A stretch of 64,000 nucleotides of DNA, taken from Haliotis rubra (taxonomy: Eukaryota). The position numbers and the translations under genes are program-made. Under the pieces are notes generated by a model, which did not search any database, had not been told where the DNA came from, and saw only the letters and a program-made list of their open reading frames with translations. This document shows positions 39,063 to 53,240 of the stretch, one piece after another. The first letter of the stretch is position 1. Each line of letters begins with the position of its first letter. The stretch covers positions 248,001 to 312,000 of the forward strand of contig NW_025767114.1 in NCBI RefSeq assembly GCF_003918875.1. The letters run 5' to 3'.

Positions 39063-39688
39063 TAGTGTATGACAGTTTAGGGAATCAAATCTTGTTCTTG
39101 TGTAAGGGCACATACTAACCATTGTTCTACAAACTGTTCCTCTGTTCAACAGAGAGTGAGTGAGTGAGTGAGTATACACTAACCACTGCGCTACCATACC
39201 CTTTTATAATGTAGAGATCTAAAGGTCAGATTTTCTGCCTAGAAGACAAAGTTTCGTTACAGAAGCTCATATCTGGGTGATTCACAGGATTTATCATCAC
39301 TGTTCCTTCCACTGGACTTCTGGAAGACTGCCCCATCTAACATGTTCAGTCCTGGAAGTGTTCCACAAGTGTTAGGGGTACCTTCAACCTTCCACCTGAC
39401 ATGATGTAAAATACTAAAAGCCTGCTGAGGTTACTAATGCCATGACACTTATACTTAGCAAAATGTCAAGATAGGTGGAGATTAGGAAATATGGATGTGT
39501 TCCGGAATGTTCCCAGGTAAATAAACAGACATGTTATTGCCACTTGCACACGTCTTGTTTAGGTAACTCACTGAAGAGAAGATGTGTGGCAAGGGTGGTT
39601 GTTTTCTGATGGACACGGTACTACTAATGCTTTCAAGATATTCTCTTCCTGGATCGAGGTGAGCGAATCACAGACTTTATGTCCACCA

Positions 39689-42600
39689 GAGCACCAGTAC
39701 ATCTATTACACATTGAGCTAGACAGTACCTCCATTACACACTTACAGAAGAAGAGCACCAGTACATCTATTACACATCGAGCTAGACAGTACCTCTGTCT
39801 ATTACACACTTACAGAAGAAGAGCACCAGTACATCTATTACACATCGAAGCTAGACAGTACCTCCATTACACACTTACAGAAGAAAAGCACCAGTACATC
39901 TATTACACATCGAGCTAGACAGTACCTCCATTACACACTTACAGAAGAAAAGCACCAGTACATCTATTACACATCGAGCTAGACAGTACCTCCATTACAC
40001 ACTTACAGAAGAAGAGCACCAGTACATCTATTACACATCGAGCTAGACAGTACCTCTGTCTATTACACACTTACAGAAGAAGAGCACCAGTACATCTATT
40101 ACACATCGAGCTAGACAGTACCTCCATTACACACTTACAGAAGAAAAGCACCAGTACATCTATTACACATCGAGCTAGACAGTACCTCCATTACACACTT
40201 ACAGAAGAAGAGCACCAGTACATCTATTACACATCGAGCTAGACAGTGCCTCCATTACACACTTACAGAAGAAGAGTACCAGTACATCTATTACACATCG
40301 AGCTAGACAGTACCTCCATTACACACTTACAGAAGAAGAGCACCAGTACATCTATTACACATCGAGCTAGACAGTACCTCCATTACACACTTACAGAAGA
40401 AGAGCACCAGTACATCTATTACACATCGAGCTAGACAGTACCTCCATTACACACTTACAGAAGAAGAGCACCAGTACATCTATTACACATCGAGCTAGAC
40501 AGTACCCCCATTACACACTTACAGAAGAAGAAAAGCACCAGTACATCTATTACACATCGAGCTAGACAGTACCTCCATTACACTTACAGAAGAAGAAAGC
40601 ACCAGTACATCTATTACACATCGAAGCTAGACAGTACCTCCATTACACACTTACAGAAGAAAAGCACCAGTACATCTATTACACATCGAAGGCTAGACAG
40701 TACCTCCATTACACACTTACAGAAGAAGAGGTACATACATTACACATCGAGCTAGACAAGTACCTCCATTACACACTTACAGAAGAGTGCCAGGTACATC
40801 TATTACGCCAGACAGCAATACCTCCATTACACACTTACAGAAGAGGGCTGCGGTACATCTATCACACATTGAGGCCTAGACGGGTACCTCCATTTACACA
40901 CTAAAAGAAGAAAAGCACCAGTCATCTATTACACATCAGCTAGACAGTACCCCCATTACACACTTACAGAAGAAGGCACCAGTGCATCTATTACACATTA
41001 GCTAGACAGTACCTCCATTACACACTTACAGAAGAAGAGTGCCAGTTACATCTATTACACATCGAAGCTAGACAGTACCTCCATTACACACTTACAGAAG
41101 AAGAGCACCAGTACATCTATTACACATCGAGCTAGACAGTGCCTCCATTACACACTTACAGAAGAAGAGCACCAGTACATCTATTACACATTGGGGCTAG
41201 ACGTAGTACCTCCATTACACACTTACAGAAGAAGAGCACCAGTACATCTATTACACATCGAGGCTAGACAGTACCTCCATTACACACTTACAGAAGAAGA
41301 GCACCAGTACATCTATTACACATCGAGGCTAGACAGTGGCTCCATTACACACTTACAGAAGAAGAGCACCAGTACATCTATTACACATTGAAGCTGGACA
41401 GTACCTCCATTACACACTTACAGAAGAAGAGCACCAGTACATCTATTACACATCGAGCTAGACAGTTACCTCCATTACACACTTACAGAAGAAGAGCACC
41501 AGTACATCTATTACACATCGAGCTAGACAGTACTTCCATTACACACTTTAAAGAAGAAGAGCACCAGTACATCTATTACACATCGAGAGCTAGACGGGTA
41601 CCTCCATTACACACTTACAGAAAGAAAAGCACCAGTACATCTATTACACATCGAGCTAGACAGTACCTCCATTACACACTTACAGAAGAAGAGCACCAGT
41701 ACATCTATTACACATCCGAGCTAGACAGTACCTCCATTACACACTTACAGAAGAAGAGCACCAGTACATCTATTACACATCGAGGGCTAGACAAGTACTG
41801 TCCATTACACACTTACAGAAGAGCACCAGTACATCTATTACACATCGGGCTAGACAGTACCTCCATTACACACCTTACAGAAGAAAGCACCAGTACATCT
41901 ATTACACATTGAGCTGAGACAAGTACTTCCATTACACACTTACAGAAGAAGAGCACCAGTTACATCTATTACACATCGGGCTAGACAGTACCTCCATTAC
42001 ACACTTACAGAAGAAGAGCACCAGTACATCTATTACACATCGGGCTAGACAGTACCTCCATTACACACTTACAGAAGAAGAGCACCAGGTACATCTATTA
42101 CACATCCCGAGCTAGACAGTGCCTCCATTACACACTTACAGAAGAAAAGCACCAGTACATCTATTACACATCGAGGGTACTGGAGCTAGACAGTACCTCC
42201 ATTACACACTTACAGAAGAAGAGCACCAGTACATCTATTACACATCCGAGCTAGACAGTACCTCCATTACACACTTACAGAAGAAGAGCACCAGTACATC
42301 TATTACACATCGGGGCTAGACAGTGCCTCCATTACACTTACGGAGTAGCCTACATCTATTACGCATGGGGCTGGACGGGTACCTCCACACTTACAGAAGA
42401 AGAGCACCAGTACATCTATTACACATCGAGCTAGACAGTACCTCCATTACACACTTACAGAAGAAGAGCATCAGTACATCTATTACACATTGAGCTAGAC
42501 AGTACCTCCATTCCACACTTACAGAAGAAGGGCACCATTGCATCTATTACACATCCCGGGGCTAGACGGTGAACACGCCTGGAAGGCAGGTGAAGTACAT

Positions 42601-42900
42601 CTATTACATCGGGCGCAGACAGTACCTTCCATTACACACTTACAGAAGAAGAGCACCAGTACATCTATTACTGTCGAGGCTAGACCAGTACCTCCATTAC
42701 ACTTCAGAAGGAAGGGCACCAGTGCATCTATTACACATTAGAACAATTTGTTGCATATCAATTCATACAGAAGAGAGCACCGGTATATTACGCCACTAGA
42801 CGGTGCCTCCATTACCACGCCTGGAAGAAGCTTACTGTTTGCATCTATTACACATCGGGCTAGACAGTTACCTCCATTACACGTCATGGAAGAACACCAT
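39689..42900. repeat. 64-bp minisatellite (28+36 internal dimer), ~50 copies
   Basis: Unit CAGTACATCTATTACACATCGAGCTAGA-CAGTACCTCCATTACACACTTACAGAAGAAGAGCAC. Confidence 0.97.
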
Positions 42901-42903
42901 AAA

Positions 42904-42904
42904 T

Positions 42905-42950
<46 letters not shown>

Positions 42951-42955
42951 GTGAG
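42904..42955. repeat. Compound (TG)n(AG)n microsatellite
   Basis: Direct observation. Confidence 0.95.
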
Positions 42956-43684
42956 TGTGCATGCATGCATGCCTGTGTGTGAGTGTGTGTGCTTGAGTGT
43001 TGGTGCACACAAATGTTTTACAAATACACATCCACTCAGACGTCAGGTAAGTATGCTGAATCAGGTCATTGTTTTATCCCTTTATGCCAAGCACAAGGCA
43101 GGGTAACAACAAGTACCCTCTGTCCACACCATCATTGACACAGTCTATCATTGAACACATGCTGACTATTGTCAGCTACTTGAATATATTTTATTAATTA
43201 TTCCAAGTCTGAGCTTTTCGGATTGGTACTTAATGTGCCAGATAATCAGAAACAACTGAATAAAAACACATATCAACAATACCCTCCTTTTGCTCCGGGA
43301 ACGACTCAATAACCAGCGACAGCCTATTTATCACTTGAAAATATCTGGTTAAAGAACACCATATCAGTGATGGGAGTTGTATTCCTGTGTTATCTCATCA
43401 GAGATCATCAGGAGTCATACAATACTAACATAACAGTTCTCTAGCCACAAACCACTTTACACAGTCAGACTACAAAGGGACAACACATCCCATTGCCTGG
43501 AACTTCTCAGGAAAGAGGTGTTAATGAGCTCCAGTTGAGGTTTACAGAGGAATGAGGTACTGGAACAAAGCGAACTGTGGTCTCATATTTGACCCCCTGA
43601 TAGTGTTTGGTACATTCTTAAGCCGGTTGAGTGTCATACATGCCACTGCAGCAGCCTCCCCCAAAGGTTGACCCCCTTCCCCTC

Positions 43685-44210
43685 CCTCTCATCCCATGGC
43701 TGACTACACCTGGTGCCTCCAATTCCCCCTCCCTCTCATCCCATGGCTGACTACACCTGGTGCCTCCCATGCCCCGCCTCTCATCCCATGGCTGACTACA
43801 CCTGGTGCCCCCCTCCCTCATCCCATGGCTGACTACATGTGCCTCCCATCTGCACTCCCATCATCCCCTGGCTACACCTGGTGCCTCTCCCCCCCCCTCC
43901 TCCCAAGGCTGACTACACCTAGTGCCTCCCCTCCTCCTCCAACCTTGGCTGACTACACCTTGTGCCTCCCATCCCACCTCTCCCCTCATCCCATGGCTGA
44001 CTACACCTGGTGCCTCCCATCCACCACCTCTCCCTCATCCCATGTGGCTGACTACACCTGGTGCCTCCCATCCCACCTCTCCCTCATCCCATGGCTGGCT
44101 ACACCTGGTGCCTCCCCCACCTCCCCCAAGGCTGACTACACCTGGTGCCTCCCCATCCCATCCCAATTCCCAAGGCTGACTACACCTGCTGACTCCCACC
44201 CCACCCTCCC

Positions 44211-44245
<35 letters not shown>

Positions 44246-44880
44246 TGACTACACCTGGTGCCCTCATCCCCCTCCCCCAAGGCTGACTACACCTGGTGCC
44301 TCCTCCCACCTTTCCCCAAGGCTGACTACACCTGGTGCCTCCCATCCCACCTCTCCCCAAGGCTGCTGACTACACCTGGTGCCTCCCATCCCACCTCCCC
44401 CAAGGCTGACTACACCTGGTGCCTCCCATCCCACCTCCCCCAGGCTGAAGGCTGCCTTCCATCCCACCTACACCTGGTGCCTCCCATCCCACCTCCCCCC
44501 CAAGGCTGACTACACCTGGTGCCTCCCATCCCACCTCCCCCAAGGCTGACTACTGACTACACCTGGTGCCTAACACCATCCCACCCCTCCCCAAGGCTGA
44601 CTACACCTGGTGCCTTCCATCCCACCTCCCCCATGGCTGACTACACCTGGTGCCTCCCATCCCACCTCCCCCATGGCTGACTACACCTGGTGCCTCCCAT
44701 CCCGCTCCCCCATGGCTGACTACACCTGGTGCCTCCCATCCCACCTCCCCATGACTGACTACACCTGGTGCCTCCCATCCCACCTCTCCCTCTTCCCATG
44801 GCTGACTACACCTGGTGCCTCCCATCCCCCCTCTCCCCTCATCCCAGGCTGACTACAACTGGTGCTTCCCATCCAACCAT
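43685..44880. repeat. ~40-bp C-rich minisatellite (GGCTGACTACACCTGGTGCCTCCCATCCCACCTCCCCCA) with an internal poly-A run
   Basis: Tandem periodicity; A run at ~44212-44242. Confidence 0.95.
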
Positions 44881-45069
44881 ATTTTATGCATTTGATTTTA
44901 GCTTTTTGATGAATCAAGACCATGTTCTTGAATTACTGAATGCAACACATCAGAGCAGATGTGTCGGTACACAAAGTACAATAAGTGCAACATTCTCTGT
45001 AGCAGACAGAGTGTCTTCGATGGGATCATCCATAATATGAAGTACTAGCTTCCATCATAATCAGAACTT

Positions 45070-45450
45070 GCAGGTTACAGGTAATACAAAACAATTATAC
45101 AATAGGTTGGCCACTGAATATACACACCACTTGTAGGTTATATGGAATACAAAACAATTATACAATACATTGGCCACGGAACATTAACACCACTTGCATG
45201 TTAAGGGAATACAAAACAAGTGTACAATACTTTGACCACTGAATATAAACACCACTTGCATATTAAAGGGAATACAAAACAATTATACAATACGTTGGCC
45301 ACTGGATTTAAACACCACTTGTAGGTTACAGGGAATACAAAACAATTATACAATACGTTGGCCACTGGATTTAAACACCACTTGTAGGTTATGCAGGGAA
45401 TACGAAACAATTATACAATGGAATGGCCACTAAACATAAACACACCTTAC
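45070..45450. repeat. ~65-bp tandem repeat, ~6 copies
   Basis: Repeated aatacaaaacaattatacaata...ggccact...acaccacttg. Confidence 0.9.
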
Positions 45451-45733
45451 GGCTCTGGAGAAATACACAGCAACAACAGTCAGCAATAAATAGATACAAT
45501 ATTATGATCAAACAGTTTATAACATGATGGCCATGAATACTAATACTTTGTATGTTTCACAAGTTGATCTGCATATCATAGCATGCCCGTGTATGAGGAA
45601 AACAGAGCGATGGCATGAGACCACCATCTTGGAATCCAATCAGCAGATCCTGGCCCTGTGCACTGCAGGATGTATGTCAGCCCACCCCCAATAATGAATG
45701 AAACTACACTTTTGATTTGTTCATGTTGTTGGA

Positions 45734-45917
45734 GTGAGTGAGTATTGTTTTACGCCGCTCTTAACAATATTCCAGCTATATGACGGTGGGGGAGACCAGA
45801 AATGGGCTTCACACATTGTACCCATGTGGGGAGTCGAACCAGAAATCTTGCATGTGAGTAACATTAAATTGGCTAACCAAACTTAATGATGACGCTTTAA
45901 CCACTAGGCTACCCACC
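45734..45917 (-). mobile_element. SINE family A with an internal replacement
   Basis: 13-bp TSD tcatgttgttgga at 45721-45733 and 45918-45930. Confidence 0.85.
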
Positions 45918-46037
45918 TCATGTTGTTGGAACAAAGTAACATTATGAAATTGGCTAACCAATTCAATGATGAACTCAACCAATTCAGTGAAGAAATGAAC
46001 TGATTCAAAGGATGAAAGGTTAATGCAGTAATACAGA

Positions 46038-47250
46038 GACTCAACAACTCTGATGCCGGTTTTGACAAAACTAAGAAATACGGAGGAATATTTTCAGCGT
46101 CTCAAGCAGTGTTATGATGTTCTGTGAAGGCAGGTTTTGTCACAACTAAAGAAAATCTGGAGGAATATTTTCCAGCGTTTCAAGCAGTGTTATGATGTTC
46201 TGTGAAGGCAGGTTTGTCAACAACTAAAAAATCACGGAGGAATATTTTCAGCGTTTCCAAGCAGTGTTATGATGTTCTGTGAAGGCAGGTTTTGTCACAA
46301 CTAAGAAATACGGAGGAATATTTTCAGCGTCTCAAGCAGTGTTATGATGTTCTGTGAAGGCAGGTTTTGTCACAACTAAGAAATACGGAGGAATATTTTC
46401 AGCGTCTCAAGCAGTGTTATGATGTTCTGTGAAGGCAGGTTTTGTCACAACTAAAGAAATCGCGGAGGGAATATTTCCAGTGTTTCAAGCAGTGTTATGA
46501 TGTTCTGTGAAGGCAGGTTTTGTCACAACTAACAAAATCACGGAGGAACCATTCCAGTGTTTTTCAAGCAGTGTTATGATGTTCTGTGAAGGCAGGTTTT
46601 GTCACAACTAAGAAATACTGGAGGAATATTTTCAGCGTTTCAAGCAGTGTTATGATGTTCTGTGAAGGCAGGTTTTGTCTAAGAAATACGGAGGAATATT
46701 TCCACGTTTCAAGAGGAGGCAGGATGTTCACAACTAAGAAATGGGAGGAATATTTTTCCAGTGTTTCAAGCAGTGTTATGATGTTCTGTGAAGGCAGGTT
46801 TTGTCACAACTAAAAAATGCGGAGGAATATTTCCAGTGTTTCAAGCAGTGATGTTCTGTGAAGGCAGGTTTTGTCACAACTAAGAAATCTGGAGGAAGCA
46901 GTGTTCAAGCAGTGTTATGATGTTTGTGAAGTGAAGGCAGGTTTTGTCACAACTATGAAGAAATCTGTCAGCTTCAAGGAGGAATATTTTCAGTGTTTCA
47001 AGCAGTGTTATGATGTTCTGTGAAGGCAGGTTTTGTCACAACTAAGAAATACGGAGGAATATTTTCAGCGTCTCAAGCAGTGTTATGATGTTCTGTGAAG
47101 GCAGGTTTTGTCACAACTAAGAAATACGGAGGAATATTTTCAGTGTTTCAAGCAGTGTTATGATGTTCTGTGAAGGCAGGTTTTGTCACAACTAAGAAAT
47201 ACAGAGGAATATTTTCAGTGTTTCAAGCAGAGCTATGCATTTCTGTGAAA
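46038..47250. repeat. 75-bp minisatellite, ~16 copies
   Basis: Unit AAGCAGTGTTATGATGTTCTGTGAAGGCAGGTTTTGTCACAACTAAGAAATACGGAGGAATATTTTCAGCGTCTC. Confidence 0.96.
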
Positions 47251-47440
47251 GGTACAGAAAGCATCTGTTTTAGCCCTGCTGCACGGATCATTTAACTGGT
47301 ACGGTAAACAATATTGACATAGCTTTGCTTAAAGCCATAGCTTGCCATTAGGCCATATTTCCGATGATAGAGTACAGACACTAAAAATACAATAATGACA
47401 GAAACACCTTTCCCAGGTGAAAACAGGAGCTCAAGTTCTG

Positions 47441-47547
47441 GGCCTAGATTTTCAAAGCTCTCTTAGCGCTAAGATAGTTGTAAGTTAATGTTAATGTATG
47501 GCACTTACGACAATCTTAGAGCTAAGCTAGCTTCGAAAATCTAGGCC
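47441..47547. mobile_element. Palindromic MITE, probably PIF/Harbinger type
   Basis: Near-perfect hairpin ggcctagatttt...aaaatctaggcc with 3-bp TSD CTG. Confidence 0.75.
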
Positions 47548-48010
47548 CTGTAGCTTTACTTCTTTATTGACAAGTGAAGTCTCACAGACAGATAACATAA
47601 AGGACTCGATTTAAGGAAATGAAACGTACTTGCACACAGTGCAACCTTAGCTAATAACCTTGATGGACCTCACAAAAACAGGTTGCACCTGCTGCTAAAT
47701 ATATAGAACTATTCAAAGTTTTGGAACTGATCATTTATTCATTCACCACTGCTCCAAGCTAGTTCATCATCATTCTGCTTTCCAGCTGAAGTCTAAGTTC
47801 CTTGAACAGCAACATATCAACATGCATTGGGTGCAAGTTGGTATAAATATGAGGTTGTATTTTGCAGTTTTAGGATGCACCAATGACAGTTGTAAATGTT
47901 TAAATGAAGCCTTGTGTTTAAAGCTGCTTTCATAAGTATTCAGGTTACATCATGGGGCGTTGACTTCATGTAGGAAGAACATGCGGGCAGGTATGGTGCT
48001 GAGAAACATA

Positions 48011-49089
48011 TACTGTAAGCCATTAAAAACGCAATTGGTAATTGTTGTCCTGAAACTTATAAAAGTTCTATTGAAGATTTTTTCCTGCGATACAGAGGAT
48101 GTAGGGATAAAAGGCTGTTAATCTGGCCCATTTCAAGTTCGAGTCCCGGAGAATTCCTCTCACATGAACTTTGATACTTAAAACTGAACCTTTGACATTT
48201 CTCGTAAACACAACCACATTCATGAAACACGTTGTGCACATGCATTACCTGCACCCAGGCCCTGTAAAAGCACAAGGAATTGTGAAACTCAATCACTTTG
48301 AGAAAATGCCACACTTGACACAAGACGAAAGGAATCAGGTTATCGGTATGGTCAGATGTGATGATTGCCAGGCACTTTAATGATAACAGCTTGACAAAAC
48401 CGCAATATCCGGGTTTCACACTTGCGAAATCGGTTCCAAACAGCTGATGATTAGGCAAGGAGGACAATTGGGACAAGTCAACGTCATTTCAGCGCCCAAA
48501 AGGTGCAAGGACGCCTTGCTGCCTTCAACATCCGGTGTCGTCACCCGTACCGTGGTCCAACCTTATTGCATCGCCACAGACTTGCCAGACAGCGACGGGC
48601 AGCAAATGGGGCCAATCTTGGCAACAGGACATGGCCAGATGTCATTTTTTCAGATGAATCCAGGTTTAACTTATCCTTTGCAGATGGATGTCAACAGATT
48701 TCTCGACGTAAAGGAGAAAGACTTGCGCCAAACTGTGTCCTTGAACATGATCGTTTTGGAGGGGGTGGTGTCATGATCAGGCCACAGACCATCAGAGGCT
48801 GCAGACCATCCAACAGCTGTTCCTGAGAAATGTGTGTCTTTCAATGCCCCAAAGACTGCGAGCATGTCTTGCAGCGCACAGTGGACACACGATATTGACT
48901 GCAAGTGACCCCTCCTTTGTGTGATGTCGTTGTTGCGTCACTGATGTTGTTGTTGACTGGACATTTTCAGATGAAATTATTCACAGATGTTCACTTAAAA
49001 CATATCTGCCAGTTAGGTTTATATATGTTGAAATTAGTGTGAGTAAAGAAAGTATGAATGTCAAATTGCATTTTTAATGGCTTTCAGTA
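48011..49089 (+). mobile_element. Internally deleted Tc1/mariner transposon
   Basis: TIRs tactg(t/a)aagccattaaaaa(c/t)gcaatt with TA TSDs. Remnants MPHLTQDERNQVIGM, VIFSDESRF, HDRFGGGGVM and GHTRY*. Confidence 0.92.
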
Positions 49090-49464
49090 TAGTAAAAAAG
49101 GATGTACCAGATTTCAACCCACAACCCAAGGGACACAACTCTGCACACTTGAGCCCCCTTACTGGAAGAAGCGAAATGGGATTTATGCCATACCGAATAA
49201 TATGTCAATTCCATTCACACATATCAGTTTCGTATGGGAGCAAAGCCAAAATGCAAAAGGGAATATGTGTATTACCCTTGGGTATTGAGAAGTCAATCAA
49301 GGACAGAAACCAGGATCAAATTCGGAGTTGGGCACCCATTGTACCAACAGTGCCACCTGTATTTATAGGAACGCCAACTAAACCAGCTACTTAGTAACAG
49401 CTGGACATTACTATGAGATACGATGCCTCCAACAAATGTCCTCAGGGTCAGTGTTATCCAAGGA

Positions 49465-50170
49465 GGGTGTTATCCATGGTGAGTGTTATAATCCATGGTG
49501 AGTGTTATCCTCCATGGTGGGTGTTATCCATGGTGTGCGTAATACATGGTGGGTGTTATCCATGGTGTGCGTAATACATGGTGAGTGTTATCCTCCATGG
49601 TGGGTGTTATCCATGGTGTGCGTAATACATGGTGGGTGTTATCCATGATGTGCGTAATACATGGTGGGTGTTATCCATGGTGTGCATAATACAAGGTGAG
49701 TGTTATCCTCCATGGTGGGTGTTATCCATGGTGTGCGTAATACATGGTGGGTGTTCTCAATGGTGTGCATAATACATGGTGAGTGTTATCCTCCATGGTG
49801 GGTGTTATCCATGGTGTGCGTAATACATGGTGGGTGTTATCCATGGTGTGCGTAATACATGGTGGATGTTATCCTCCATGGTGGGTGTTATCCTCCATGG
49901 TGAGTGTTATAATCCATGGTGGGTGTTATCCATGGTGTGCGTAATACATGGTGAGTGTTATCCTCCATGGTGGGTGTTATCCATGGTGTGCGTAATACAT
50001 GGTGGGTGTTATCCATGGTGAGCGTAATACATGGTGGATGTTATCCTCCATGGTGGGTGTTATCCATGGTGAGTTTTATCCACAACGAATGTCATCCACG
50101 GTGGGTGTTATCCATGATCAGAGTTGTCCGTTATGAATGTTATTGATGTGGGTGTTATCCATGGTGAGTG
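49465..50170. repeat. 16/19-bp-based minisatellite (ATCCATGGTGGGTGTT variants)
   Basis: Tandem periodicity. Confidence 0.93.
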
Positions 50171-50705
50171 TCAGTGTGCCATGACATTAATTGCCTTGAG
50201 GAAACCGGACACTCTCCATGGTCGAAGGTGAAAATTCAGCCCAATGGATTACCACTTTTTCTTGTGCATAGAATGTGCACAAGAACCCAAATACAAAATA
50301 ACTCAAGTAGACGTGGGGAATAGTAGACAAGTATAAACTGAATTTGGACTTTTCTCTCCTCAGAGAAAAACAGTACCACACGTATGTAACCTTAGAAAAA
50401 CGCATTTTTAACAAACCTGTTAAAAAGGCTGTAGGTGGCTAATGAGATGAATGAACAAATGGTCGACTTTGACAAGGGTTAATACCTATGACTGGTCACA
50501 ACCTAAACTGATACGGTACATGGGTACAGATTAACTACACATGCAACTCAACATCTGGTGACGTATTCAGCACTCCCACACTAACACTCAAAGTACCATT
50601 AACCCAAATATCTTGTGAAATCAATACTAACATTTACACAGAGCTTGTAAACAAAAGTACTCGATGATACACAAATACCATGGCCTGCGTTAAAGGAAGC
50701 ATCCA

Positions 50706-53240
50706 CTGCCCATCATATCCATCCAGCTGCTAGTAACTCTATATCCAGCAACTACAAAGCCCTGCCCATCAGATCCATCCAGCTCCATGTAACTCTATAT
50801 CCTTTTACTAAAAAGCCCTGCCCATATCTACTAACTATATATACTACAAAGCCCTGCCCATCAGATCCATCCAGCTCCATGTAACTCTATATCCTTTTAC
50901 TAAAAAGCCCTGCCCATCCAGCTCCTACTAACTATATATCCACCGACTACAAAGCCCTGCCCATCAGATCCATCCAGCTCCATGTAACTCTATATCCTCT
51001 TACTAAAAGCCCTGCCCATCATATCCATCCAGCTCCTACTAACTCTATATCCACCGACTACAAAGCCCTGCCCATCATATCCATCCAGCTCCATGTAACT
51101 CTATATCCTTTTACTAAAAAGCCCTGCCCATCCAGCTCCTACTAACTCTATATCCACCGACTACAAAGCCCTGCCCATCATATCCATCCAGCTCCATGTA
51201 ACTCTATATCCACCTACTACAAAGCCCTGCCCATCATATCCATCCAGCTCCATGTAACTCTATATCCACCAACTACAAATCATATCCTCCAGCTCCATGT
51301 AATCATATCCATCCAGCTCCATGTAACTCTATATCCACCTACTACAAAGCCCTGCCCATCATATCCATCCAGCTCCACGTAACTCTATATCCACCAACTA
51401 CAAAGCCCTGCCCATCATATCCATCCAGCTCCATGTAACTCTATATCCACCAACTACAAAGCCCTGCCCATCATATCCATCCAGCTCCATGTAACTCTAT
51501 ATCCACCAACTACAAAGCTCCTACCCCATCATATCCATCCAGCTCCATGTAACTCTATATCCACTGACTACAAAGCCCTGCCCATCATATCCATCCAGCT
51601 CCATGTAACTCTATATCCACCAACTACAAAGCCCTGCCCATCATATCCATCCAGCTCCATGTAACTCTATATCCACCAACTACAAAGCCCTGCCCATCAT
51701 ATCCATCCAGCTCCATGTAACTCTATATCCACCAACTACAAAGCCCAGCTCCATGTAACTCTATATCCCCAGCCCTGCCCATCATATCCATCCAGCTCCA
51801 TACTCTAACTAGCTCCTGCCCATATATCCACAGACTAACTAAAGCCCTGCCAGCCTCCTGCCCATATCCATCCAGCTCCATGTAACTCTATATCCACCAA
51901 CTACAAAGCCCTGCCCATCATATCCATCCAGCTCCACGTAACTCTATATCCACCTACTACAAAGCCCTGCCCATCATATCCATCCAGCTCCATGTAACTC
52001 TATATCCACCAACTACAAAGCCCTGCCCATCATATCCATCCAGGTCCATGTAACTCTATATCTACCAACTACAAAGCCCTGCCCATCATATCCATCCAGC
52101 TCCATGTAACTCTATATCCACCAACTACAAAGCCCTGCCCATCATATCCTTCCAGCTCCATGTAACTCTATATCCACCAACTACAAAGCCCTGCCCATCA
52201 TATCCATCCAGCTCCATGTAACTCTATATCCACCAACTACAAAGCCCTGCCCATCATATCCATCCAGCTCCATGTAACTCTATATCCACCAACTACAAAG
52301 CCCTGCCCATCATATCCATCCAGCTCCATGTAACTCTATATCTACCAACTACAAAGCCCTGCCCATCATATCCATCCAGCTCCTACAAACTCTATATCCA
52401 CCGACTACAAAGCCCTACCCATCATATCCATCCAGCTCCACGTAACTCTATATCTATTGACTACAAAGCCCTGCCCATCATATCCATCCAGTTCCATGTA
52501 ACTCTATATCCACCAACTACAAAGCCCTGCCCATCATATCCATCCAGCTCCATGTAACTCTATATCCACCAACTACAAAGCCCTACCCATCATATCCATC
52601 CAGCTCCATGTAACTCTATATCTATTGACTACAAAGCCCTGCCCATCATATCCATCCAGCTCCATGTAACTCTATATCCACTGACTACAAAGCCCTGCCC
52701 ATCATATCCATCCAGCTCCATGTAACTCTATATCCACCAACTACAAAGCCCTGCCCATCATATCCATCCAGCTCCATGCAACTCTATATCCACTGACTAC
52801 AAAGCCCTGCCCATCATATCCATCCAGGTCCATGTAACTCTATATCCACCAACTACAAAGCCCTCATATCCATCCATCATATCCATCCACCCGACTACAA
52901 AGCGGCTCCATGTAACTCATGTAATCTCTATATCCACCAACTACTAAGCCCTGCCCATCATATCCATCCAGCTCCACGTAACTCTATAACTCTATATCCA
53001 CCAACTACAAAGCCCTGCCCATCATATCCATCCAGCTCCATGTAACTCTATATCCACCAACTACAAAGCCCTGCCCATCATCATCCATCCAGCTCCATGG
53101 AACTCTATATCCACCGACTACAAAGCCCTGCCCATCATATCCATCCAGCTCCATGTAACTCTATATCTACCAACTACAAAGCCCTGCCCATCATATCCAT
53201 CCAGCTCCATGTAACTCTATATCCACCGACTACAAAGCCC
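50706..53240. repeat. 56-bp minisatellite, ~45 copies
   Basis: Unit CTACAAAGCCCTGCCCATCATATCCATCCAGCTCCATGTAACTCTATATCCACCAA. Confidence 0.97.

Noticed and set aside
33736-53240. Regular arrays superficially resembling CRISPR
   Set aside because: The units are contiguous with no unique spacers, there are no cas genes, and the context is a eukaryotic intron.
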